Below are positions 25,215 to 32,000 of a stretch of 32,000 bases of DNA, one piece after another. Every line of letters begins with the position of its first letter. Position 1 is the first letter of the stretch. The translations under genes and the position numbers were made by a program. The DNA lies in contig NC_003272.1 in assembly GCF_000009705.1 (NCBI RefSeq), positions 810,001-842,000 of the forward strand, in the 5' to 3' direction. The notes beneath the pieces were generated by a model. It did no database searches. It was given only the letters and a program-made list of their open reading frames with translations, and was not told the DNA's origin. The DNA comes from Nostoc sp. PCC 7120 = FACHB-418. GTDB taxonomy: Bacteria > Cyanobacteriota > Cyanobacteriia > Cyanobacteriales > Nostocaceae.

Positions 25215-27044
25215 ATGCAAAAGTCACCAAGTAGATTGAAGTTTAGAAAGTTTCAAAAGCCGGAGTTCACCAGGCGCAAAAGGGTATTACAAAAGGTGGC
25301 AATGAAAACAATTGCCCCCAATCCCCAAGAGCCATTAACAAATGCCAAAACCAGACTTTTGACTGTCTGGGGTATATTAATGACGGCTGGACTGGGATTG
25401 GCAATTAATGCGTATAACTTGCAAATTTTGCAGGGAGCAAAACTAACACAAAGAGCGCGAAACCAACAAATGGTAAGCTTGCGCCCCTATATGCCTCGCC
25501 GCTTGGTGGTGGATCGCAATGATAATGTGTTGGCTGTTGACCGCCCTGTCTATACTTTATATGCCCACCCTAAGCTATTTAAAAAGACAAATGAAGAAAT
25601 AAGCGATCGCCTAGCTCCCATTATTGATAGAAACCCTGCTGATTTAGTCAAGATTTTTCAAGGTCAAAAAAGTGGTATTACTTTGACCTCCTCTTTACCA
25701 GAGGAACTGGCCGAGCGCGTCAGGAAATTAAGATTAGATGGCTTGGAAATGATTCCCAAATATTCCCGCTATTATCCTCAGGATGATTTAGTGGCGGATG
25801 TAGTGGGATATGTAGACGTTGACCGTCGTGGTCAGGCGGGTGTGGAACGTAGCCAAGAGAAATGGCTAGAACGTTCTGTGAAAACAGTACGCTTAAGTAG
25901 GGCGGGTAATGGGGCTTTGATGCCTGATTATGCTCCTGAAGGTTTTTTAAATTCTGATGATTTGCGGATGCAATTGACTATCGACAGTCGTTTGCAAAGG
26001 GCTACCCGAACAGCATTGAAGGAACAGCTAGAAAAGTTTGGCGGGAAACGAGGAGCAGTGATTGTGATGGATGCGATGGATGGCTCTATCCTCGCTTTGG
26101 CATCTCAACCTACTTATAACCCGAATGAATACTCGAAAGCGGATATTTCATTGTTCAAAAACTGGACGGTGGCTGATCTCTATGAGCCAGGTTCCACATT
26201 TAAACCATTGAATGTGGCGATCGCTCTGGAAAATGGTGTCATCAAAGCAGATGATGTATTTAATGATTCCGGTGCAATTCGCATCGGTTCTCATACTATT
26301 AGAAACGCTCAACGCAACGGTTACGGACGCATCAATATTGCTCAAATTCTCCAAAACTCCAGCAATATTGGCATGGTGCAGATGATCCAACGCCTAAAAC
26401 CTTCGATTTACTACAATTGGCTAGAACGTTTAGGACTAGGTCAACCGGTAGATACAGATTTACCTTTTGCCGTGAGTGGGACGCTCAAAAGTCAGGAAAA
26501 ATTTATTCGCTCCCCCATTGAACCAGCAACCACTTCCTTTGGACAAGGCTTTTCTTTGACACCCTTACAATTAGTGCAGATGCAAGGAGCCTTAGCTAAT
26601 GGTGGTAAATTGGTCACACCTCACGTTGTCCGGGGACTACTTGATACTAAAGGGCAAATCCACTACACACCCAATCACCCAGCACCAAGGCAAATTTTCT
26701 CAGCCGCAACGACCCAAAAAGTTGTGGAAATGATGGAAACGGTAGTTACAGAAGGTACTGGCAAGGCTGCTCAAATCCCTGGCTATCGCATCGCAGGCAA
26801 AACAGGTACAGCCCAAAAAGCCAGTCCTAACGGCGGTTACATCGTGGGCGCTCGGATTACCAGCTTTGTTGCTATTTTACCCGTTGAATCACCCCGTTAT
26901 GTAGTTTTGGCCTTAGTTGATGAGCCAAAAGGAGCCAACGCCTACGGTTCAACTGTCGCAGCCCCAATTGTCAAATCCGTTATGGAAGCACTAATTCCCA
27001 TTGAACGCCTTGCACCCAGCCAGCCGATTGAAGGAAAACCTTAA
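25215..27044 (+). CDS. ftsI: Class B penicillin-binding protein / peptidoglycan D,D-transpeptidase (FtsI/PBP3 type)
   Basis: 609-aa ORF with an N-terminal TM (LLTVWGILMTAGLGLAINA), SxxK = STFKP, SxN = SSN and KTG = KTGTAQ. Calling it ftsI rather than a PBP2 paralogue is less certain than the family call. Confidence 0.9.
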   Translation: MQKSPSRLKFRKFQKPEFTRRKRVLQKVAMKTIAPNPQEPLTNAKTRLLTVWGILMTAGLGLAINAYNLQILQGAKLTQRARNQQMVSLRPYMPRRLVVDRNDNVLAVDRPVYTLYAHPKLFKKTNEEISDRLAPIIDRNPADLVKIFQGQKSGITLTSSLPEELAERVRKLRLDGLEMIPKYSRYYPQDDLVADVVGYVDVDRRGQAGVERSQEKWLERSVKTVRLSRAGNGALMPDYAPEGFLNSDDLRMQLTIDSRLQRATRTALKEQLEKFGGKRGAVIVMDAMDGSILALASQPTYNPNEYSKADISLFKNWTVADLYEPGSTFKPLNVAIALENGVIKADDVFNDSGAIRIGSHTIRNAQRNGYGRINIAQILQNSSNIGMVQMIQRLKPSIYYNWLERLGLGQPVDTDLPFAVSGTLKSQEKFIRSPIEPATTSFGQGFSLTPLQLVQMQGALANGGKLVTPHVVRGLLDTKGQIHYTPNHPAPRQIFSAATTQKVVEMMETVVTEGTGKAAQIPGYRIAGKTGTAQKASPNGGYIVGARITSFVAILPVESPRYVVLALVDEPKGANAYGSTVAAPIVKSVMEALIPIERLAPSQPIEGKP

Positions 27045-27074
27045 GTAGGAAGAAGGGGAAAATCAAATTAGTGC

Positions 27075-27109
27075 CAACTAACAACTGACAACTGACTAAC
27101 AACCAATGA
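27075..27109. repeat. STRR-type heptamer tandem repeat (5 units)
   Basis: caactaa caactga caactga ctaacaa ccaatga, in the ftsI-HDO intergenic region. Confidence 0.8.
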
Positions 27110-27143
27110 CTTTTTTCTTTATTACCGGAGAAAGAGGTAGACA

Positions 27144-28325
27144 ATGTTACTCGTGTGGAATCTTAGATATTACAGGGTGAAATTAATTTCACACCTGTAC
27201 CAAGTCACTGAAGATTCCATGCAAAGCAATTTAGTTATGTTCCCAATTGTTGAGGTTGTAAGGCCAGGTACGCAAGTCAAGGAAAGAGATGCTACTGATT
27301 ACGAACGTGCCGAGCAGCAATTTTTATTACTTTTGGTAACTGAGGACTTAGACGATAACTTAGATAGACAAGCTGCAATTGTCAGTGATTTTGAACAGGC
27401 AGTTTCCAGGGCAATTAATGGGGCTTATAAACATGAGTGCCAAGATGAGTTAGCACATCGGTTTTTGCAACGGATTCTTTATCGGATTAATCGGCTGAAT
27501 CTGTTTTGGTTTGATGATTTGCGACAGTACACTAATGAGCGATCGCTCTATTTATCCTCATGTCGTAACCAAATTGAGGCTGCTTGGCAGAAGTGGGAAC
27601 TTGCACAAGTAGATGTCGCTGCAATACAAAAATTAGATGTCAAACAGGCATTAATAGATCGTGCTGATGCTGATTTAAACCCACCACTATCAGCAGCTAG
27701 TCGCTATATTCGTGAAGAGATGAGCGAAGCTGGCTATCGTCATTTGTTGGCGATCGGTTCTTTCGATGGTTTGGTTGAAGGTAGTCGTCTTTCCCGAATT
27801 TTAGGCGGCGCGGCTAATGAGGTGCAGTGTACCCTCGTGCGGGTGCTACTGGAAGAGTACGGCAACGGACGTTTATCTCGCAAGCATTCGACTTTTTTTG
27901 CCCAAATGCTAGCTGAGTTTGGCATGAACACCACACCAGAGGCATACTTTGATTTAGTTCCCTGGGAAGTTTTAGCTTGTGCCAATCACAATTTTTTACT
28001 GACTGAACGCAGACGTTATTACCTGCGTTACAGTGGCGGATTGACCTATTTTGAAGTGGCTGGGCCTGCGGCTTATCGCAATTATCTTGCAGCAGCACAA
28101 AGATTGGGATTATCAAATGCAGCGATGGGTTATTGGGAACTGCACATCAAGGAAGATGAACGCCACGGACGCTGGATGTTGGATGATGTGGCTTTGCCTT
28201 TAGTGGAACGTTATCCCGATGACGCGTGGGAGTTGGTGCTGGGATATGACCAGGAAAAATTAATGGGCGATCGCGCGGGTGAAGCTGTTGTCAGGTCTAT
28301 TCACCAAACTGAATCAATTAATTAA
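27144..28325 (+). CDS. Heme-oxygenase-like diiron oxidase/oxygenase (HDO; iron-containing redox enzyme family) with an N-terminal extension of about 170 aa
   Basis: 393-aa ORF. The ligand-like motifs are EEYGNGRLSRKH (E-x9-H) and HIKEDERH (H-x3-D-x2-H). This pattern is known from HDO enzymes such as the SznF central domain, UndA and BesC. A GAGG SD lies 7 nt before the ATG at 27144. An alternative start is at 27219. Confidence 0.7.
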   Translation: MLLVWNLRYYRVKLISHLYQVTEDSMQSNLVMFPIVEVVRPGTQVKERDATDYERAEQQFLLLLVTEDLDDNLDRQAAIVSDFEQAVSRAINGAYKHECQDELAHRFLQRILYRINRLNLFWFDDLRQYTNERSLYLSSCRNQIEAAWQKWELAQVDVAAIQKLDVKQALIDRADADLNPPLSAASRYIREEMSEAGYRHLLAIGSFDGLVEGSRLSRILGGAANEVQCTLVRVLLEEYGNGRLSRKHSTFFAQMLAEFGMNTTPEAYFDLVPWEVLACANHNFLLTERRRYYLRYSGGLTYFEVAGPAAYRNYLAAAQRLGLSNAAMGYWELHIKEDERHGRWMLDDVALPLVERYPDDAWELVLGYDQEKLMGDRAGEAVVRSIHQTESIN

Positions 28326-28338
28326 TAGCTTAGGTATT

Positions 28339-28361
28339 TTCTGCTAATAGCAGAATTTCTT
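28339..28361 (+). terminator. Hairpin plus T-rich tail after the HDO gene
   Basis: ttctgct-aat-agcagaa (7-bp stem) followed by tttctt. It begins 14 nt after the stop codon. Confidence 0.45.
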
Positions 28362-28392
28362 TAGTGAACAATCTATCACTAAAGGAGTAATT

Positions 28393-29139
28393 TTGTGTCT
28401 AAATTTTTGTTTAATTTCACTGACATTAATGTTGAGGCGAAATCTCATGAAAGATGTTTTCTTCTGTCCTGAAGAGTCTAATTTCTACTCAAATTGTCTA
28501 GAAAATTTCATTCTCAGGAATAGTGATCAATCTGATTCCATTATTGAATTTGGTTCTGGTGATGGTAGCCCTGTAATTAACTCATTACTAAGAAATCAGT
28601 TCAATGGTATTATACACGGGTTTGAGTTAAATACCTCTGCGTGGAAAGCCGCAAATTTAACGATTGATGAATATAATCTTACTGATAAATATGTAGTTAA
28701 CAACTCTAGCTTATTTGAAGCTAATAAACCTGAAGCTAACTATCTAATCGCCAATCCACCATATTTACCAGCACCAGATGATGATATTTATATGCCCTTA
28801 TTATTTGGCGGTGAAGATGGGGCGACAGTTACCAATGATCTTTTGTGTTTAGGTTATGAAAATGTTTTACTTTTAGTGTCTAGCTTTTCTAATCCTATCA
28901 GTACAATTAAGCAGGCACAAAATAATGGATATAATATTAGTAACTTCGTGATTCTACCATTAAAATTTGGTTACTATAGCTCAGAAGCTAAAGTTAAAAA
29001 TCATATAGAAAAACTGCGAAAAAATAATATGGCGTTTTATTCTGGAGAATATTATTTTTTGGCTGGCGTGTTATTTCAGAAAAAAGCATCTGTGGTTGAT
29101 TTATCTAAGGAGTTAACCCAAGTAATGACGAGTTTGTAA
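28393..29139 (+). CDS. Small class I SAM-dependent methyltransferase with an NPPY motif (HemK/PrmC-like or N6-amino methyltransferase fold)
   Basis: 248-aa ORF with motif I IIEFGSGDGSPV and motif IV LIANPPYLP. An AAGGAG SD lies 5 nt before the TTG at 28393. An alternative ATG is at 28447. G+C is very low. Confidence 0.7.
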   Translation: MCLNFCLISLTLMLRRNLMKDVFFCPEESNFYSNCLENFILRNSDQSDSIIEFGSGDGSPVINSLLRNQFNGIIHGFELNTSAWKAANLTIDEYNLTDKYVVNNSSLFEANKPEANYLIANPPYLPAPDDDIYMPLLFGGEDGATVTNDLLCLGYENVLLLVSSFSNPISTIKQAQNNGYNISNFVILPLKFGYYSSEAKVKNHIEKLRKNNMAFYSGEYYFLAGVLFQKKASVVDLSKELTQVMTSL

Positions 29140-29183
29140 TTTATGGGATTTATCCATAATATTTGAAATATCCTTAGTTTGGG

Positions 29184-29226
29184 TGATTAATGCCCCTTAA
29201 TCATCATAAGGTGGGCATTGCCCACC
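29184..29226. repeat. Two adjacent palindromes between convergent genes, including the GGTGGGCA-T-TGCCCACC palindrome
   Basis: tgattaa-tgcccc-ttaatca spans 29184-29203. ggtgggca-t-tgcccacc spans 29210-26, giving an 8-bp GC-rich stem. These could be a bidirectional terminator or a dispersed repeat. Confidence 0.5.
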
Positions 29227-29253
29227 CTACAAACACTTATAGATTTCTGAGTA

Positions 29254-30372
29254 TCAAATTGGATTCCTCTCTGTCTGATAAGTACACTTTAATGTTTCTT
29301 CTATTGAACCTAAATGTTTAAATAATTCTATTAATGTATGAGATTTTGTTCTCCTTTTTGTCAACATTACTTTTAATGGTGCTAATAGATCAACATCTGG
29401 ATCATCTTTCAATGCGAACTCAGCAGCTTGCAAAATATTTGTAGCATTCGTAAAAATATTTTCATCACCGAAGCCAAATTTTGCAGACAGTTTATGTAAT
29501 TCGGCATCAGGGACAGTAGCTCTACCTGGCAAAGATTTATCTATGACTAAACCTTTTAATAGCGCCAGCAATGCCGCATAAATAGAGAAGTCATCACAAC
29601 TATCAAAAGCTTTAAATTCTATACGACCTACTTCAGCAGGTAGGCGGGCAATTTTGGTTAATGATGGCACACTATTAATTAGTTGTTCTTTTTCCTGAAC
29701 AAATATTAAAGTTGCTGGTCTTTTGCCTGTTCTGATGAAAGTTCTTACCGATAATCCTTCCCACAAAGTACCATTGTAAAAAGGTGAACTGTAACTAAAA
29801 GGCACAATGTAAGGACTATAATACGTTAACTTTTTGCCAATATCAATTACACGTTCATGCGGTAAATCGGCAACGGAAATATTTAAATCTGGCCCGTATG
29901 TAACCATGTAAATGTTAGCGGTTTGATCATCGGGATCAGCTTGTAACTGTTTAAGTTCATATTCATTTAATGGTGGATTGGGCGCAAAAGATGTTTTGTA
30001 AGGATGAAAGCTAGTTAATACTGGTGAAAAGCCAAATTCAGCCGCAACACCACATAATAAATTAAAGCTATCTGATAGTTCTGTGATCGCATTTTGAATA
30101 CTAGAATGAATGGTTGTTCTAATTTCTATCCCCTTTGACAGACAATCAATTACCTCATCTGAATCAGCAAATCTTTCAAACCCCTCAATATACCATCGCT
30201 TCTTCCTAATACCTGCATCACCCACGCGTAATTGCAAATGATCATTAGGGTATGTGGGTAGTCTTTCCACGATTTGATTGAATTCTGCAAATGTTGTACA
30301 GTCAAAATCTGCTAACTTCCCTTCTCTGTTGAGAAAAGCGACTTCATGTTCGATGCCAAATGAGAATACCAT
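29254..30372 (-). CDS. Glutamate-cysteine ligase family 2 (YbdK-like) carboxylate-amine ligase
   Basis: 372-aa ORF. The N-terminal FGIEHEVAFL matches the GxExE start of GCS2/YbdK-type ligases, and the size matches YbdK. The assignment is by eye only. Confidence 0.55.
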   Translation of the reverse strand: MVFSFGIEHEVAFLNREGKLADFDCTTFAEFNQIVERLPTYPNDHLQLRVGDAGIRKKRWYIEGFERFADSDEVIDCLSKGIEIRTTIHSSIQNAITELSDSFNLLCGVAAEFGFSPVLTSFHPYKTSFAPNPPLNEYELKQLQADPDDQTANIYMVTYGPDLNISVADLPHERVIDIGKKLTYYSPYIVPFSYSSPFYNGTLWEGLSVRTFIRTGKRPATLIFVQEKEQLINSVPSLTKIARLPAEVGRIEFKAFDSCDDFSIYAALLALLKGLVIDKSLPGRATVPDAELHKLSAKFGFGDENIFTNATNILQAAEFALKDDPDVDLLAPLKVMLTKRRTKSHTLIELFKHLGSIEETLKCTYQTERNPI

Positions 30373-30514
30373 ACAATCTAATAGAAAAAATTCTCAATAA
30401 TTTTACAAAACCATCTTACCCCAAATAGTACTGTTGCGGTTTAGCAAATGTATCTGTTTTAATTTGCACAGATTATGAGATGACCTGCGCTCTCTCTACA
30501 CAAGAGTACTATCG

Positions 30515-31435
30515 ATGAAATATATAAAATCAAAGTTAATTCTCAAAATATTGATTTTGGGATCATTGTTACTCATAGCTCAACAGGTTTTGGCACAAAG
30601 TTGGCGACCAGTTCGCGGTAGTATTCTTTTTGGTATCAGTGGGATGGCGCTGATTAGCCAACAAAACTCGTCTCTAGACTTTCTCGTCGTCCACGACAAT
30701 AAACAAGCCGACCAAGAACGTTTAGGAGTCATCACAATTAAGGGTAAAAATCAACCCGAATATTTGAGTGTGAGTTGGCAAAGTAATCTTGAATTACCTA
30801 TTGATTTAGAAGCTTTAACTTCTATTCCCAACACAAAAGATAGTTTTATTGCTTTAAGCAGCAGTGGCAAAGCTTACAAATTTAGACTAGATTCTGATAA
30901 GAAAACTATATCTGTATTGAAAGAGTTTGAATTACCAGCAATACCTCCGGGTAGTAATTTTGAAGGATTTGCCTTGCAAAATATAGAAGGTAAGTTAGTT
31001 GCTATGTGGGCCCACAGAGGAGAAGGAGAAAAACCTTCTACTGTGTATTGGGGAGTCTTAGATTTAAATAAATATCAAATTACATCTAGAAATTTTGCCA
31101 AGATAAAAGTACCATTTCCCACTGGAAATGTGCGGCATATTTCCGATATAAAAATAGACTCAGGTGGAATTGTGTATATTTCTGCCGCCAGTGATGCAGG
31201 AGATAATGGCCCTTTTCAATCAGCTATTTACGCTGCTGGTTACTTAACCTTAAACAATAGTTCTGGGCAAGTTATCTGGCGGCAAAGTCCCCAATTAATC
31301 CCCCTCTACCGCTTTAATCACCATAAAATTGAAGGGATAGAACTTATTCCTGGTGCAGATGGTGGCTTAATCGTGGGTACAGACGATGAAAACTTTGGTG
31401 CTTACGTTTATAGTTTGGGTGATAACGTTTTGTAG
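30515..31435 (+). CDS. Secreted hypothetical protein, possibly beta-propeller or phytase-like fold
   Basis: 306-aa ORF with a signal peptide, MKYIKSKLILKILILGSLLLIAQQVLAQS. It has repeated xEGxxL strand-like motifs (FEGFALQN, IEGIELIPG) and GTDDEN. The fold guess is weak. Confidence 0.6.
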   Translation: MKYIKSKLILKILILGSLLLIAQQVLAQSWRPVRGSILFGISGMALISQQNSSLDFLVVHDNKQADQERLGVITIKGKNQPEYLSVSWQSNLELPIDLEALTSIPNTKDSFIALSSSGKAYKFRLDSDKKTISVLKEFELPAIPPGSNFEGFALQNIEGKLVAMWAHRGEGEKPSTVYWGVLDLNKYQITSRNFAKIKVPFPTGNVRHISDIKIDSGGIVYISAASDAGDNGPFQSAIYAAGYLTLNNSSGQVIWRQSPQLIPLYRFNHHKIEGIELIPGADGGLIVGTDDENFGAYVYSLGDNVL

Positions 31436-31455
31436 AGACGCGACGAATCGCGTCT
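31436..31455. terminator. GC-rich hairpin that nearly fills the 26-nt gap between two convergent stop codons
   Basis: agacgcga-cgaa-tcgcgtct is an 8-bp perfect stem with a tetraloop. It lies between the stop at 31433-35 (+) and the stop at 31462-64 (-). There is no U-tract on either side. Confidence 0.55.
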
Positions 31456-31461
31456 TGATAA

Positions 31462-32000
31462 TTAGACGTTAAATCGGAATAACATCACATCGCCTTCCTG
31501 CACAATATATTCTTTACCTTCACTACGAACTAACCCTTTTTCTTTCGCAGCACTCAGAGAACCATTTGCGACTAAATCATTGTATGCAACGGTTTCCGCA
31601 CGAATAAATCCTCGCTCAAAATCAGAGTGAATTACACCTGCGGCTTGAGGTGCTGACATTCCTGCATTGATTGTCCAAGCACGGGTTTCTTTTGGGCCAC
31701 TGGTGAAATAAGTCCGTAATCCCAATAGCTCATAAGTAGCACGAATCAGAGATTTTAATCCGCCTTCTTTTACCCCTAAAGATTCCAAAAAATCAGCCTT
31801 GTCTTCTTCCGGTAATTCCACCAGTTCTGCTTCTACTTGAGCAGAAACAACCACAACTTGAGCATTTTCCTGGGCTGCAACTTGGCGGACTCTTTCCACA
31901 AATTCATTACCAGTTGCTAATTCTTCTTCAGAAACATTAGCCGCGTAAATAATCGGCTTATTTGTCAATAGTCCCAGTCCCTTAATAATTTCGGCTTCTT
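31462..32000 (-). CDS. ychF: Ribosome-binding ATPase YchF, C-terminal part (the gene continues beyond the right window edge)
   Basis: The C-terminal sequence is GPKETRAWTINAGMSAPQAAGVIHSDFERGFIRAETVAYNDL...EGKEYIVQEGDVMLFRFNV. The frame stays open upstream of the TTG at 31968, reading ..EAEIIKGLGLLTNKPIIYAANV, which matches the YchF LLT.KP.iY.aNV block. Confidence 0.93.
   Translation of the reverse strand, partial: EAEIIKGLGLLTNKPIIYAANVSEEELATGNEFVERVRQVAAQENAQVVVVSAQVEAELVELPEEDKADFLESLGVKEGGLKSLIRATYELLGLRTYFTSGPKETRAWTINAGMSAPQAAGVIHSDFERGFIRAETVAYNDLVANGSLSAAKEKGLVRSEGKEYIVQEGDVMLFRFNV

Noticed and set aside
22301-27109. Heptamer tandem arrays, considered as possible CRISPR arrays
   Set aside because: The units are 7 nt and directly abutting, with no 25-40-nt repeats or unique spacers, and no cas genes are present. 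These are STRR-type microsatellites.
26148-28116. ORFs 26148..26390(-), 27740..27985(-) and 27814..28116(-)
   Set aside because: They are antisense to ftsI and to the HDO gene respectively, with no independent evidence.
27144-30372. HDO + methyltransferase + ligase treated as one biosynthetic gene cluster
   Set aside because: A hairpin plus T-tail terminator follows the HDO gene, and G+C drops sharply (about 57 to about 30 percent in sampled lines) at the boundary. The ligase is convergently oriented. Co-inheritance and co-transcription of all three are therefore doubtful, and I report the HDO gene and the low-GC block separately.

Overview
The window looks like chromosomal DNA from a heterocyst-forming cyanobacterium of the Nostoc/Anabaena type. 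GCGATCGC (HIP1) palindromes are frequent inside genes, and STRR-type heptamer tandem repeats fill several intergenic regions. I support 19 protein-coding genes. Left to right they are:
- a multi-TM pentapeptide-repeat protein
- a minus-strand string of a small V4R/methanogen-output-domain-like protein, a PAS histidine kinase and an acetamidase/formamidase
- two tandem paralogous giant signalling proteins of about 1800 aa (Ser/Thr kinase, P-loop STAND ATPase, TPR-like region, GAF, His kinase). They resemble the iron/NtcA-regulated pkn41-pkn42 pair of Anabaena PCC 7120, which I assign from memory.
- a tightly coupled pair encoding a membrane-inserted Hsp70-NBD-like ATPase and a membrane-inserted GrpE-like protein
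- glgB
- a small secreted protein
- a 56-aa lipoprotein gene that is missing from the ORF track
- an FtsL-like gene followed by ftsI
- a heme-oxygenase-like diiron (HDO) enzyme
- a low-GC block (NPPY methyltransferase, GCS2/YbdK-like ligase, secreted protein)
- the 3' part of ychF

I found no rRNA or tRNA genes, no CRISPR array, and no transposase or integrase gene.

The most interesting items:
1. The uncharacterised Hsp70-like/GrpE-like membrane pair.
2. The mosaic divergence of the two giant kinases, including a 253-nt tract of perfect identity.
3. The orphan HDO enzyme next to a compositionally foreign three-gene block.
4. The unannotated lipoprotein with a C8 tract.
5. A candidate FtsL analogue upstream of ftsI.

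All functional calls come from motif recognition by eye. No database search was run.
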